A DNA stretch of 64,000 nt from IMG/VR virus record IMGVR_UViG_3300045988_151163, positions 10,857 through 74,856 of that record. One strand, 5' to 3'. The stretch comes from a virus. Under the pieces are notes generated by a model. The model did no database searches. It was not told where the DNA came from and was given only the letters and a program-made list of their open reading frames with translations. The position numbers and the translations under genes were made by a program. Of this stretch, positions 32,483 through 43,250 are shown in pieces (the first letter of the stretch is position 1; every line of letters begins with the position of its first letter).

Positions 32483-33043
32483 TTATCCCATCTTTGTTAC
32501 ATTATATTTAGGAGTAGTTTTTCTAGCAGGTGCAGCTGCGGTTTCCGCCTTTGGTGCTACCTTTCTAGTTGGCTTAGTTTCCTCTACTGGGGCATCTTCA
32601 TCAGCCATCATTTCGTTAATCTCAATCGCTGTATTTACATTAAAATTAAGCTTTTCGCCCAGCATTTTTCTTTTTCTCATATCTGGAATTTGAAGATCAA
32701 CCGCGAGTTTCTTAGCAGTATCAAGACCGCCTTCTGTTGCAAAATTGATAAAATCTTCAAATTCATCTATTGTGCCATTTAACAGAATATTCTTAATATC
32801 TTCTGTACTATAAAAATATTCTGGTTCTACTTCCATGTTTAAAAATGCAAGTGCATCTTTATCATTTATAGTTAAACAATTCTTTAAAATATAGTCTCCG
32901 CCTGGAACATATTGAACTTTTTGTAATTCATCTAAAGAAATTTGTTTTGTTTCTCCAATATTAAATTGTCTATCAATTCCATCTTCTGGGATCTGATATC
33001 CGACACTATTTGTGCTATTGTTTGTTACAGAAATTCTATCCAT
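32483..33043 (-). CDS. hypothetical capsid-associated protein (186 aa; Ala/Pro/Lys-rich tail)
   Basis: ORF with AAAGGAG SD just downstream of the major capsid gene terminator. Confidence 0.35.
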   Translation of the reverse strand: MDRISVTNNSTNSVGYQIPEDGIDRQFNIGETKQISLDELQKVQYVPGGDYILKNCLTINDKDALAFLNMEVEPEYFYSTEDIKNILLNGTIDEFEDFINFATEGGLDTAKKLAVDLQIPDMRKRKMLGEKLNFNVNTAIEINEMMADEDAPVEETKPTRKVAPKAETAAAPARKTTPKYNVTKMG

Positions 33044-33074
33044 TATTAAATTCTCCTTTATCTCTTAATAGCAG

Positions 33075-33105
33075 AAAATTGGGGAGATAATTCAATCTCC
33101 CCTAT
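33075..33105 (-). terminator. intrinsic terminator after major capsid gene (GGGGAGAT..ATCTCCCC)
   Basis: hairpin + T-rich tail on minus strand. Confidence 0.55.
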
Positions 33106-33122
33106 TCTCTTGTATTATAAAA

Positions 33123-34148
33123 CTACGCTCTTGTTAAAGATGTATTCTGATATACACAGATAGCATTAGAGAAGATTGCTCTTACTCCGACTTTCTTGTA
33201 AACCTGAATTTCTTTTGAATGGTCATAGTTTGTATATTCTTCTGCGATTGCGCCACCCTCAAATGCAATCTTTACAGGCTTTTCTGCACCTGTTGGAATA
33301 ATCCAAGCATATGAAGGATCAATAACCTTAACAGCATTTGTTTCATCCTCGAATGACTGTGGCAGAACTACTACTTGGTGACCCTTGTAATTACCAATAT
33401 AACCATTTGACCACAAAGTGTTCTTCATTGCATCAGACATTCTAGCATCTGAAGGAATCATTGTTGCAGCAAATTCAAATGTACAATAAATCGTTGAACG
33501 ACTACCATAAGAATCTGCAATAGAAAGCAGTTCATCCATTTTCTTCTCTACAAAGCTATTTTGCTGTGTCTTGTTAGCTGCCTGAATTGAAGCTACAGCA
33601 CCAATCAGCTGCTTCTCAATTTCAACATAGATACACTCATCAATGCCTTCCATAAGAATATCAAGCACTTCAGCAAAATCAACTCTACCATCAAGGAACT
33701 CCTCAAATCCGATCTGAGCAGCACCACCAAAAGCATTTGTTGTTACTTCAAAACTTCTACCATCAAGTTTGAATACTTCGTACAGACCAGCCAAACCAAC
33801 TTTACCAATAAATGTCTTAGCTCTTCTTCTAGAAGCAAGAGTCGTTTTCTGTGTAAAGATAGGTTTTTGACCCTGTGCAAACATTCTAACTTCAGCAAAC
33901 TGTGAATATTGTTGCATTACTTTCTCCGGAACAACATCGTTAATTGTCTGCTCCATTAAAGCAAAAATTGTATTTTTATTGATTTGATAATCTCTATATG
34001 TACCTGCAAGACCATTGAACTCTTCTCTAAGAGTGTCATTCAAATCTGCGTAGCTGTATTGCTTTTCGCCAAAGCTATAAGCAACAGGAGCAGAAGGCTT
34101 AGCCTTAGCGACTGTCTTAGCAAGCTGTAAAAGCTGTTCAAATTTCAT
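33123..34148 (-). CDS. major capsid protein (341 aa)
   Basis: size, position after scaffold, high local GC/codon bias, AAGGAGG SD, strong hairpin terminator (33075..33105) after stop. Confidence 0.55.
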   Translation of the reverse strand: MKFEQLLQLAKTVAKAKPSAPVAYSFGEKQYSYADLNDTLREEFNGLAGTYRDYQINKNTIFALMEQTINDVVPEKVMQQYSQFAEVRMFAQGQKPIFTQKTTLASRRRAKTFIGKVGLAGLYEVFKLDGRSFEVTTNAFGGAAQIGFEEFLDGRVDFAEVLDILMEGIDECIYVEIEKQLIGAVASIQAANKTQQNSFVEKKMDELLSIADSYGSRSTIYCTFEFAATMIPSDARMSDAMKNTLWSNGYIGNYKGHQVVVLPQSFEDETNAVKVIDPSYAWIIPTGAEKPVKIAFEGGAIAEEYTNYDHSKEIQVYKKVGVRAIFSNAICVYQNTSLTRA

Positions 34149-34162
34149 CTTCTAAATCCTCC

Positions 34163-34798
34163 TTACGCAATTCTCTGAATCTTAAGTCCAGGCTGTCCAT
34201 CAGGCATCGTATATACCTTAGCTACTACAAACTTAATAGTACCAACTACTGTATCAGCTTCTTTAGTTAATACTAAAGTATTATATGTTGATACACCATC
34301 TGCGCCAGTGTTTTCAACTTTCTTAAGTTGAAGTTCGTCGCCAACTGCATACTCCTTACCTGTTTCAACCATGTTTGTTGTATAAATATCTCCAATATTT
34401 GTCTTAAATAATCTTGGAGCGATTCCATCCATACGATATGGATACTCTGTATGACCCGGAGTAATTGATGCACCTTTTGTAAGTGCGCCGTCGCCATACC
34501 CTGCTGTTGCCAGCTTTGATGTTACATAATTATCGCCTACTCTAATCATAGCGAAATCTTTATATGAAGTTCTCCAGAAATCCTCATATAACTTAATTTC
34601 GTTAAATACGAGCATTGGCTCTCCCTTACCCTCAGCAGTTACTCTTCCTGTAGCGTAATCATAGAACATGAATTCACCATTCTGAAGTACTTCTACTTTA
34701 GGATCAAGAGGTAAACTTGCATAAATTTGACCTGTTTTTTGAGCTGATAACTGATTAGGTTCTACTTGACCATAACCAACTCTAGTAAAATTTGCCAT
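34163..34798 (-). CDS. capsid decoration/accessory protein (hypothetical)
   Basis: start at MANFTRV with AGGAGG SD; high GC like the major capsid gene. Confidence 0.35.
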   Translation of the reverse strand: MANFTRVGYGQVEPNQLSAQKTGQIYASLPLDPKVEVLQNGEFMFYDYATGRVTAEGKGEPMLVFNEIKLYEDFWRTSYKDFAMIRVGDNYVTSKLATAGYGDGALTKGASITPGHTEYPYRMDGIAPRLFKTNIGDIYTTNMVETGKEYAVGDELQLKKVENTGADGVSTYNTLVLTKEADTVVGTIKFVVAKVYTMPDGQPGLKIQRIA

Positions 34799-34820
34799 TA
34801 TTGTATTCCTCCTGTAATAT

Positions 34821-36191
34821 TTATTTACGACTCTTAACTGCATCTACTGCACGTAACCACTCTGGAACATCTGATTCAAGATCAGAATTCAAATTGTATG
34901 TGGTTGGAGCAGGTTGCTGGGAATCTTCTTCTAAATTAAAATTAACTTTCTTTCTTACACAAATAACAGAAAGTTTAGACTCAATATCATCTAATGAATA
35001 CTGAGTTTTGTTAGCAATAACATCTTTCTTATCTTCATCATCAAGCATATAGAAACTAGCAATAAGGTCATCTTTCTCTTTATCTTCAACTTTGTTCTTG
35101 AAATCAGTAAGAGCATCACAAGTTTCTTTTAATGAATTATACTGTGATTGAAGTTCTGTATATTGCTGCTCAAGAAGAGCGTAATCCTTTTCTTTCTTTT
35201 TCTTAGAATCGTCATCATCCTGCTTAGGTTCTTCTTCCTCTTTCTTAGGTTCTTCTGCCTTAGCTGGCTCTTCTTCTTTTTTATCTTTTTCTAAAGCACT
35301 GTCAGTAGCAGGTTTCTTTTTAGGATCCTCAGCTGGCTCTTCTTCTTTCTTTTCGCCCTCTTTCGGCTCATCTTTAGCCGGCTCGCCCTTTTCCTTCTTA
35401 TCTTCTGGCTGCTTAGAAAAATCCTTCATTACATCTTCACTATCAGTGATTAAAGTTTCATCTGTTTTGACCACTGTTTTTTTACCTCCTTCAGATATTT
35501 TTAAAGCACTTTGGACTTCTTCCATCATACTGTATAAGGTAGTCATAAATTCTTCACTATCTTCTTTACTAAAAGAAGCACTAACTTTTGGTGCGGTTAT
35601 GCTAGATCCCTCAAAACAAGGTTCTACATCGTCACCAAGTATGCAAAGCTTATAAAAAATAGCTCCATCAACTAAGAAAAAATCATTACCAGAATTATAA
35701 TCTTTTACCCAATTTCCTGTCATTGTCTTATCATCGACTTCCATTGAATGACCTTTACCTTCATCAATAGCACTTTGACATTCAGGATATTGAGATGTCC
35801 AAAGATAACCTTCTGTCATTAGATATTCTCTAATTATTGAACCATTTATTGCATCATAATCTTCAAACTTTTGAAACCAGACCCTTGCATCCGTAGGAAT
35901 AAAACCATAAGGTCTAGTAGTGCATTCTTTTTTAATACCATCATGGTCAATAATAACTTTTTTGCCATGATCTCCAAAATCTTGCTTTTCTGCTTTATAA
36001 GTTCCAACAATAGGAGTTCCACGAAGTGTGGTAGACATTTCCTGTAAGACTTCTTTTGAAAAATAAGTTTTATTTCTATTTTCTCCTACGTAAAGAACTT
36101 TTATTTCACATTTAGATATTAAAGGGTTAATATCTAATGGTTTCAAATTTATAAATTCTGGAGCATCAATAGTAGCAACAGATTGGTACAT
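34821..36191 (-). CDS. scaffolding protein (possibly fused to prohead-protease-like N-terminus)
   Basis: long K/E/P-rich low-complexity and coiled-coil C-terminal half; between portal and capsid genes. Confidence 0.4.
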   Translation of the reverse strand: MYQSVATIDAPEFINLKPLDINPLISKCEIKVLYVGENRNKTYFSKEVLQEMSTTLRGTPIVGTYKAEKQDFGDHGKKVIIDHDGIKKECTTRPYGFIPTDARVWFQKFEDYDAINGSIIREYLMTEGYLWTSQYPECQSAIDEGKGHSMEVDDKTMTGNWVKDYNSGNDFFLVDGAIFYKLCILGDDVEPCFEGSSITAPKVSASFSKEDSEEFMTTLYSMMEEVQSALKISEGGKKTVVKTDETLITDSEDVMKDFSKQPEDKKEKGEPAKDEPKEGEKKEEEPAEDPKKKPATDSALEKDKKEEEPAKAEEPKKEEEEPKQDDDDSKKKKEKDYALLEQQYTELQSQYNSLKETCDALTDFKNKVEDKEKDDLIASFYMLDDEDKKDVIANKTQYSLDDIESKLSVICVRKKVNFNLEEDSQQPAPTTYNLNSDLESDVPEWLRAVDAVKSRK

Positions 36192-36284
36192 ATTACTATA
36201 TTTCTCCTTTCTATAAATCTTCTATATTATATTAAAAGAACAGTTATGCATTTTGAAAAATCTGACCAAGAGATAGAGAAAGTA

Positions 36285-37886
36285 TTAAGACATACTTTCT
36301 CTATTCTGTAAAGTCTTATCAGATTTTTTATCATCATCTAATTCTTTTCTACCTACTTGCTTTTCTTCTATTTTAGGTGCTGCACTTTTAGAATTATTAA
36401 CCTGACTTAATGCATCTGCATTCATTGTAGAAGACATCATAGGTGGGATAAACAAGTTAACCAAATCTAATACTTCTGTTTCAAAATGCGCGGTTGCGAG
36501 TATGCTACTCTGACTCTGGCCCAATGCAATTTGCGGAAGCATCTTAGAATAACCAAGCTGAGTTTGTTCTTTATAAAGCTTAGACAACTCTTTATAATTA
36601 TAAATTGTTGTAGTTAATAACTGTACTTTATAGACAACTTTTTTAGGCGTTGTATTAAAAGGATCAAGTAAGCTATTTAAGAAATCTTCAAATTGAAGCA
36701 ATAAATTGTACATTGTAGCTTCATCATTCATAATAGATTTTTCCAAAGCTGTATTACCTGTTGTATTAAACAAGTTTAATGACATACCAGCTTCATTATA
36801 TACCTGTCTTTCAATACGCTCTAAGTCATCAGTCTTAGTCGCACTATCCTCAGCCATGTCCGCCACTTCGACATCCGCGAATGTAGTTAATACTTTAATA
36901 CCAACTGCATCAGCTAACATTTTTACTGCATTATTATGAAGCTGTTGTGCTTCATCCATATCAAATATTAAATCTCCATTTTTATCAAATGGCATTTTTT
37001 GAATAACAATTTTTAATAACTTTTGTAAAGTTCTTTGCTTATCAATAGCTTGTGCTTCATCTAAATCTATAAGCAACGGAATTACTGCAATAAAAGGTGG
37101 ATAATCTTCTCCATTTACAGTAAATTTAACTGTCATTTTGGGATCTAACAAATACCAACCACTAGTATCTCCAGAGAACTGCGGAGGAAGCTTTCCTTTT
37201 TTATAAAGAACATATCCTTTTTGAAATTCTTTTGGAAATAATTTTAAAATAGCCATTCTTTGCGCAACAGTTCCAAATTTATCATCAAAATATCTCATAT
37301 TAAACTCAACCGCAGGTTGATCTCCATAGTTGAATCTTGAACGACAATAATCTTGAGGTAACTCTTGTAAAACTATTTTTTTAGCTGTTGGAACTTTATA
37401 CCCATAATAGCAACCATTTAATAAAGTTTTTAATGCAATTTCGCCTAAAGTTTTTTTAACTCCAAAATCGTCTAACATAGATAAAGCATTATCAAAATTA
37501 GTAATTAACTTTTCATTCTTATATTTTTTATCTTTAACATATGGAGTTACATACCAATCATATCTATACAAGAATGCCATATATCTGACTATTCTTGCAT
37601 AGATACCACTTGTACGATAAAAGAAATTAGAAATTTCTCTCATAGTTCTTAGGTCATAATTATCAATAGCTCTAAGTACTGAACACTTATCTGCTAATCT
37701 TGGGTTAGTTTTTCTTAAATCTCCTAATTTAAAAACTGCATCATCCAATGTCTTAACTCCAACTCTAATAGAATTAAAATCTACTACTGGAGTTTCTTTA
37801 ATAACTGGTCTATTAGAATAACTAATTTTTTGGTCGGTATCCATATCAAATCTTTTATTTGAATCATTTGGTATCGCAAAAACCAT
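36285..37886 (-). CDS. portal protein (533 aa)
   Basis: size and position immediately after terminase region; AAAGGAGG SD; own promoter 37911..37939. Confidence 0.55.
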   Translation of the reverse strand: MVFAIPNDSNKRFDMDTDQKISYSNRPVIKETPVVDFNSIRVGVKTLDDAVFKLGDLRKTNPRLADKCSVLRAIDNYDLRTMREISNFFYRTSGIYARIVRYMAFLYRYDWYVTPYVKDKKYKNEKLITNFDNALSMLDDFGVKKTLGEIALKTLLNGCYYGYKVPTAKKIVLQELPQDYCRSRFNYGDQPAVEFNMRYFDDKFGTVAQRMAILKLFPKEFQKGYVLYKKGKLPPQFSGDTSGWYLLDPKMTVKFTVNGEDYPPFIAVIPLLIDLDEAQAIDKQRTLQKLLKIVIQKMPFDKNGDLIFDMDEAQQLHNNAVKMLADAVGIKVLTTFADVEVADMAEDSATKTDDLERIERQVYNEAGMSLNLFNTTGNTALEKSIMNDEATMYNLLLQFEDFLNSLLDPFNTTPKKVVYKVQLLTTTIYNYKELSKLYKEQTQLGYSKMLPQIALGQSQSSILATAHFETEVLDLVNLFIPPMMSSTMNADALSQVNNSKSAAPKIEEKQVGRKELDDDKKSDKTLQNRESMS

Positions 37887-37910
37887 AAGATACCTCCTTT
37901 ATCTAAAATA

Positions 37911-37939
37911 ATTATACTAAAAATTTCGGCTTTTGTCAA
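37911..37939 (-). promoter_or_regulatory. promoter TTGACAAA-15-TATAAT upstream of portal gene, downstream of the endonuclease insert
   Basis: rc reads TTGACAAAAGCCGAAATTTTTAGTATAAT. Confidence 0.5.
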
Positions 37940-37956
37940 ATTTATCTAAAATAAAT

Positions 37957-38325
37957 CTACCATCCATTGGCTGCTTTCATTATATAATCATAATTCATAA
38001 TATATTCATCCCAATATGGTATTGCAATTAAAGTAATATTATGTAATTTACAATATTTCCTTTTTTGTGCATCATTATACTTTTGTTTATTTAAACCTGA
38101 CACTCCACCAAATTTACTTTTTGGTTCATAATGTTGGATTCCTTGAAATTCAATTAAAAAGTCAAGGTCTCCATTGTCATCAAAAACTGCAAAATCAAAA
38201 CGAAGCGGCCTCCCGCTTGAACTTACCAAATCAGGGAAAGTATATTCCTCCTGATAGTCCAATCCCGCAGCATCTAAAATTTCACAAATTTTAATTTCTC
38301 CTCTTGAACTCTTCATAAATTTCAC
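37957..38325 (-). CDS. Vsr/DUF559-like PD-(D/E)xK endonuclease (homing-endonuclease-like insertion between terminase and portal)
   Basis: motifs RFDFAVFD...DFLIEFQGIQHY and DAQKRKYCKLHNITLIAIPYW match the DUF559/Vsr fold signature. Confidence 0.5.
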   Translation of the reverse strand: MKFMKSSRGEIKICEILDAAGLDYQEEYTFPDLVSSSGRPLRFDFAVFDDNGDLDFLIEFQGIQHYEPKSKFGGVSGLNKQKYNDAQKRKYCKLHNITLIAIPYWDEYIMNYDYIMKAANGW

Positions 38326-38378
38326 ATCCTTTACTTATATATTTTAAATCCAATCTTTTCATTTTAATAATTCTTGAC

Positions 38379-40118
38379 CTAACTATAAAACATCATATTA
38401 GCAAAATTTCTAGAACCACGTTTTTTTCTTTTCGCTTCTTCTTTTTTAATATATAGTAAACCATATTCAAAAGCAGAGAATTTATCTTTTTTAATTGTTT
38501 TTGTGCTTTGTTTAAGAATTGTATTAACGCCTTCATTTTCCTCAACCAAATTCATCATTTGGTCTCTTAAAACAGAAGTTAAAACAAAAGGTTTTAGCTT
38601 TTCATTTCTTTGATCTATTGACATATTTTGACCCATTTTAGTTTCCATTAACTTCATTTTAGCTTCACGTTCATCAATTAAAAGTTTTACTCTACCACTA
38701 CTTAATTGAGTTTGAGCATAAGTATGAGCTTCTGTATTAACAGGAGCATTAGCCTTAATAAGATACATGGCATCACGTTCCATATCATCAGTTCTAAACT
38801 TCTTATATTCTTGTCCAGCTTCTTCATATGTTCCACCTTCAACACCAAAAGGAGGTAATGTTTCACCAGTTTCTGGATCTATTTGACTCTTAACCATATA
38901 ATCAATAAGACCAACACCAAGACCATTCGCATCAATAGCACAACATCTAGCTTTATATCTATAAAACAATCGTTTAATATAAATCGCTTGTGTTTCAAAA
39001 TGTTCTGCTTCATAAGTATAAATATTTACCAAACTCTTAATTGCTGAACCTTGAACTTGCGGCGTGACCTTAAATATCATAACCTCAGTTGTACATCCTA
39101 TACGACCAACGTCTATACCTAATACATAATAAGCTGATTTAGAGCTACGTCCGCTCCATTCATATTCTGGTTGATTAAGTTCTCTGTGTTTATCAAATAT
39201 CTGCGCACTAAAGTAAGCATTTTCTGCATCACCGCTCCAAACAGAACAATATTCTCTTTCAAATGACGCTTCGTTAAATGTACCTGACATTTTTAATTCT
39301 TCTACAAAGTCTTCATTTAAGAGTCCTTCTGTAACAGGAGTCTCATAAGTTCCGCCCATAATCATTGTCTTATCAGGTTCAATAATTGATTCTACTAAAA
39401 GCTCACATAATTTATCATAAGCAAATGAGTTTTTATATCCAGCAGTTGTAATATAAATCTGGCTCTTGTTAACAACCTCTCCAGGTACACGAGAACCATC
39501 CGGAAGCCGCCTATCTACATTTGTAGTAGGAATAATAATTTCATTAAGTGCAGTCTGATCAATAAGAACGCACTCCTCCATAAGTCCACCTGTTCGACGC
39601 TGTCCTCTGGAACTTTCTCTTGCTGCAAGTATATCTATCTTAGATCCATTTTTAAAAATATATTTTACGTTATCTTTGGTTTTAGTAGACACACCTCTAT
39701 CCCAGTTAATTTCATTGTTAAGCGCGGGAATTAGCCTACATATTTCTTCTATTTTAGCTACTGTAATACTAGCAGCTTGCTCTTTACCGCCTGTAGTAAC
39801 AAACAGCTCTGAACCAGGATATAATATACATCTAAGCATGAGAACCATCATCGAAAGAAATGATTTCGAGTAAGCTCTGGGGAATGTAGCATACACCTTG
39901 CGATGCCGCATTACAACTCTAATAAAAACTCTCTGATAAAAATAGAAATGGAAAGTACTGTCCGGCCCCTTTATAAAATCTACAAAGAGGTCAGGGTACT
40001 TTCTATAAAAAGATATAGTATATCTAATTTCATCAATGTGTTCATTGATTCGTTCTTCTGACATTCCTATTTTTTTATTTTTTGAACCAGAGAGGTCTAA
40101 TAAGCTTTGTAAACTCAT
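38379..40118 (-). CDS. terL: terminase large subunit (579 aa)
   Basis: N-terminal ATPase-like motifs (ATFPRAYSKS, ECVLIDQ) and C-terminal RNaseH-like nuclease motifs (YYVLGIDVGRIG, CCAIDANGLGVG). Confidence 0.75.
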   Translation of the reverse strand: MSLQSLLDLSGSKNKKIGMSEERINEHIDEIRYTISFYRKYPDLFVDFIKGPDSTFHFYFYQRVFIRVVMRHRKVYATFPRAYSKSFLSMMVLMLRCILYPGSELFVTTGGKEQAASITVAKIEEICRLIPALNNEINWDRGVSTKTKDNVKYIFKNGSKIDILAARESSRGQRRTGGLMEECVLIDQTALNEIIIPTTNVDRRLPDGSRVPGEVVNKSQIYITTAGYKNSFAYDKLCELLVESIIEPDKTMIMGGTYETPVTEGLLNEDFVEELKMSGTFNEASFEREYCSVWSGDAENAYFSAQIFDKHRELNQPEYEWSGRSSKSAYYVLGIDVGRIGCTTEVMIFKVTPQVQGSAIKSLVNIYTYEAEHFETQAIYIKRLFYRYKARCCAIDANGLGVGLIDYMVKSQIDPETGETLPPFGVEGGTYEEAGQEYKKFRTDDMERDAMYLIKANAPVNTEAHTYAQTQLSSGRVKLLIDEREAKMKLMETKMGQNMSIDQRNEKLKPFVLTSVLRDQMMNLVEENEGVNTILKQSTKTIKKDKFSAFEYGLLYIKKEEAKRKKRGSRNFANMMFYS

Positions 40119-41320
40119 TACTCATCCTCCTCTCCTAGGTCAGAATCTAAAAGAACTCTATCTTCTTCAATTTGCTGTGCAATACTTTCTTTATATTCAA
40201 CAGTAGCATCATCATCAAGCTCAATATGATCAAGCCCTTTGGCTTTAGCGGCCTCTTTAGCAGCACGCTGTTCGTCCGCACGCTCTCTTTTCTTAATATA
40301 CTCTTCAATCTGTTGAGCAAGACCAGAGTCTGAAGTGATAAGATTTCTTGTATAAGCCTGTAAATCATCAATTACCTTATCTACAATATCTAGAGGCGTA
40401 TCAATAACATACTCTGGAATTGCGCCTTTTGTTTTTTCACAATAAGCTACTAATTCACCAATAGCATCAAACTGTTTAGTCTTTTCATCTTTATTCTGAG
40501 CAGCAGTAAATTTACTAGACTTCATTTGCGCATCATAAACTTTACTTAATTTCTGATAAGTATCAAAATCTCCAATATCAAGAGCCTGATCCATTTTAAG
40601 CGAAGTCTTACAAATAAACATTAAAGTCTTATCAGTTGCCGCATCTTGAATATCAAATGAATTTTGAAAATCATTATACATCTTTTCAAGTGCGACCCAA
40701 TCCGCAGCAGAGTACATTTTACCCCACTTCATAGCAAGATAAACTTTATCCTCTGCTGTTAAATCAGCACCTACATCTATTAACTCTACATCTTGCGGGA
40801 AGCCGCCTCCGACTTCTTTAATCTGGCCACTGATTTGCTCAAACCTAGGTTCTGGCGCAGTAGTTTGAATATATGTTTTATATTGAGCTTCTGAAATCTC
40901 TCCATTTTCATAAGCTTCTTTGATATGCTCTTGTTCCTCTTCAGTTCCAGCTGAACCGCCCATCATCTGAAGCCGCACGTTAGCTTCTTGATTCAACCTA
41001 TCTGAATCCGCCCAGGTGTAATTCTTAAACTGTTTCAATTTCATTTTAGAAATATATTTACCAATTACACTCAAACCAGTCATCTTATGAGGATCTTTAG
41101 CATAAGCTCTATCTCTTAAAATATTCCATTCAGATTCAATATAAGGAAGATCAAATTTTTCAAGAATCCATAAGAATGTTTCTGGATCCCAGTTATCAAT
41201 GTGCATTGTTAAGCAATTTTTACAAAGTTCGCATTTCGCACCATCTTTATAAGTATAAAATTTTGTATCAGCAAGTGTTCTTTTGCATTTTATACATGTA
41301 CATTTTTCCGATACCGCCAT
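40118..41320 (-). CDS. Zn-ribbon protein upstream of terL (possible small terminase/DNA-binding; uncertain)
   Basis: N-terminal CxxC...CxxC (CTCIKCK...CELCKNC), acidic C-terminus; stop overlaps terL start. Confidence 0.3.
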   Translation of the reverse strand: MAVSEKCTCIKCKRTLADTKFYTYKDGAKCELCKNCLTMHIDNWDPETFLWILEKFDLPYIESEWNILRDRAYAKDPHKMTGLSVIGKYISKMKLKQFKNYTWADSDRLNQEANVRLQMMGGSAGTEEEQEHIKEAYENGEISEAQYKTYIQTTAPEPRFEQISGQIKEVGGGFPQDVELIDVGADLTAEDKVYLAMKWGKMYSAADWVALEKMYNDFQNSFDIQDAATDKTLMFICKTSLKMDQALDIGDFDTYQKLSKVYDAQMKSSKFTAAQNKDEKTKQFDAIGELVAYCEKTKGAIPEYVIDTPLDIVDKVIDDLQAYTRNLITSDSGLAQQIEEYIKKRERADEQRAAKEAAKAKGLDHIELDDDATVEYKESIAQQIEEDRVLLDSDLGEEDE

Positions 41321-41338
41321 TTATATTCACCTTCTTTT

Positions 41339-42424
41339 TTACTTTTTGTTTCTACAAGATTTACAAATAGAATACCATCCATCTCTACTTGTCTTATTCT
41401 TTGCAAAAAAGTAGCTGTGACCTAATTTAATTTGACCGCATCTTGAACATCTTTTCCAATATCCTTTTTCTTCTTCGGTATAGTGCCAAATGAGCCAATC
41501 CATTTTAGCTTGTTCAGATAACATTTTAGGGATTTTATTTCGCCAAAGGGAAGAAATATATTCAACAGAATGTTTAATTTCAAATTCTTCGTATAATAGA
41601 TCTTGAATTTCTGCGTTTTGTTTACCATCTATTTTATATATTACTAATTTATAATATAAAGGGAATTTTTCTTTAAAAGTTCTTTCTACTAAATCATCTA
41701 AATCAACCATCATCCATCTTAAATCACTTCCAAAATTTTCATATGTTTCCTCTTTTATTTTTGAGTAATTGCATAACAAGAGAGAAACATGAAAAGGATT
41801 GATTAAAGTAATTAGACCATCGCTATAAATCTCACCTGTATCTGGGTCAATCTGGATTTTTTCCTGTAAATTTACCCGGGATATTGATTTAACTAAATTT
41901 GTGCTATACATTGGTCTGCGATAGACCTCTTTTAAAACATATTGGTCTTTTCTCATTTCAATGAGTTGTTTTTTTAAGAGATACGCGCGCTTGCCAGTAG
42001 CTGTACTAGCCTGCTTCTCTATTCGCTCTATACTCTCGCGAAGTTCTCTCAAACCGGGCACTTCCGCAATATCTTGCTCAGTAATTTCATATTTAGGTCT
42101 ATAAATAATATTCTTATCATTAGCAATCATATTATAGATGCCATCTTCGCCATTTTCAAGTTTTCCAATAAGTCCTTCAAAAGATGTCTCTCTATCATTA
42201 ACTGTTTTCATTCTGTTATCTGTTAATAATGAACTTTTTTCACCTTGTTTATTTTGCTTTCTATCTTCTTTATTTGCTGCTAATATTATATAATCTGCTA
42301 ATTTTTCTAGATATGTTGAGTTCAATCTTTCAGGAGGAGTATTGGCTATTATTTTTTTGACATGCTCTGTTCGCTCTTGTGATGATTCAAGCGAAAAGTC
42401 CATTTTTATGTAATTTTGTTCCAT
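41339..42424 (-). CDS. hypothetical protein with C-terminal Zn ribbon (first gene of leftward operon)
   Basis: CSRCGQ...CKSCRNKK; AGAAAGGAG SD; driven by promoter 42453..42481. Confidence 0.3.
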   Translation of the reverse strand: MEQNYIKMDFSLESSQERTEHVKKIIANTPPERLNSTYLEKLADYIILAANKEDRKQNKQGEKSSLLTDNRMKTVNDRETSFEGLIGKLENGEDGIYNMIANDKNIIYRPKYEITEQDIAEVPGLRELRESIERIEKQASTATGKRAYLLKKQLIEMRKDQYVLKEVYRRPMYSTNLVKSISRVNLQEKIQIDPDTGEIYSDGLITLINPFHVSLLLCNYSKIKEETYENFGSDLRWMMVDLDDLVERTFKEKFPLYYKLVIYKIDGKQNAEIQDLLYEEFEIKHSVEYISSLWRNKIPKMLSEQAKMDWLIWHYTEEEKGYWKRCSRCGQIKLGHSYFFAKNKTSRDGWYSICKSCRNKK

Positions 42425-42452
42425 GTCACTTCTCCTTTCTGTTCTTAATCAC

Positions 42453-42481
42453 ATTATACCAAAATTTTTCAGCCTTGTCAA
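42453..42481 (-). promoter_or_regulatory. sigma-A-type promoter of the leftward packaging/structural operon (TTGACA-17-TGGTATAAT), back-to-back with the plus-strand early promoter
   Basis: rc reads TTGACAAGGCTGAAAAATTTTGGTATAAT. Confidence 0.55.
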
Positions 42482-42551
42482 TATTTAATTGGAATTATTA
42501 AAAATTTTATGTTATAATAATTATAATAAATAGAATAAGGAGAGTAAAAAT

Positions 42552-42842
42552 ATGATTGATATTGATAAAATAGCGCGTATACAAAAACGCACTAAAAAAA
42601 GATTTCTTAGGCAACAAAAGAAGTATATTAAAATTATAAACAAAGCAATAAAGTACAATACCAAACATGGTAAAAGTTACATAGAAGTATCTTTATCAGA
42701 ACCTTTTATTATTGTTAATCCAAATTTTATAAATAAAATTATAAAATTATATGAAGGGCTAGGTTTTAAGGTTGAAAAATATAATAAGGGTTATTCTGGA
42801 GAATACCTTTTAATAAAATGGAAAAAAATGGAGGACTTTTAA
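42552..42842 (+). CDS. hypothetical basic protein (96 aa)
   Basis: ORF with AAGGAGAG SD. Confidence 0.5.
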   Translation: MIDIDKIARIQKRTKKRFLRQQKKYIKIINKAIKYNTKHGKSYIEVSLSEPFIIVNPNFINKIIKLYEGLGFKVEKYNKGYSGEYLLIKWKKMEDF

Positions 42843-42993
42843 TGAGATTAAGGAAAAATTTCATGCCTAAACCTAGTACAATAATTAAGAAAGGTATCCA
42901 TCAAGCCATATGGGAGGACATGATTTAGATAGATGTGGAGAAAAATATTTTGGTTATAAAAAGGATAAGAAAGGAGTGCGCTAAGCTGTCTTA

Positions 42994-43248
42994 GTGGCAG
43001 CCATCAAGCGCGATTGCCGCATGAAAAAGTTTAAGATTGATGCTCCTGTTGACTATGTAATGGGACATTTAAAATATGGACATTATGAAGGAGAAGTTGA
43101 AATTCCAGAGGAAGATGAAGAAAATTTTTTAAAGTCTCCTTTAGATTATTTAAACAATAATGATTTGGTAGAGTCATTAGATTTTAAAGTTGATGTTGAA
43201 ATCGAAGATTGTGGAGATATATATGAAGTAAATTATGAGGAGGTATAG
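42994..43248 (+). CDS. hypothetical acidic protein (84 aa; alternative start 43021)
   Basis: ORF; AAAGGAG 14 nt upstream. Confidence 0.45.
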   Translation: MAAIKRDCRMKKFKIDAPVDYVMGHLKYGHYEGEVEIPEEDEENFLKSPLDYLNNNDLVESLDFKVDVEIEDCGDIYEVNYEEV

Positions 43249-43250
43249 CA

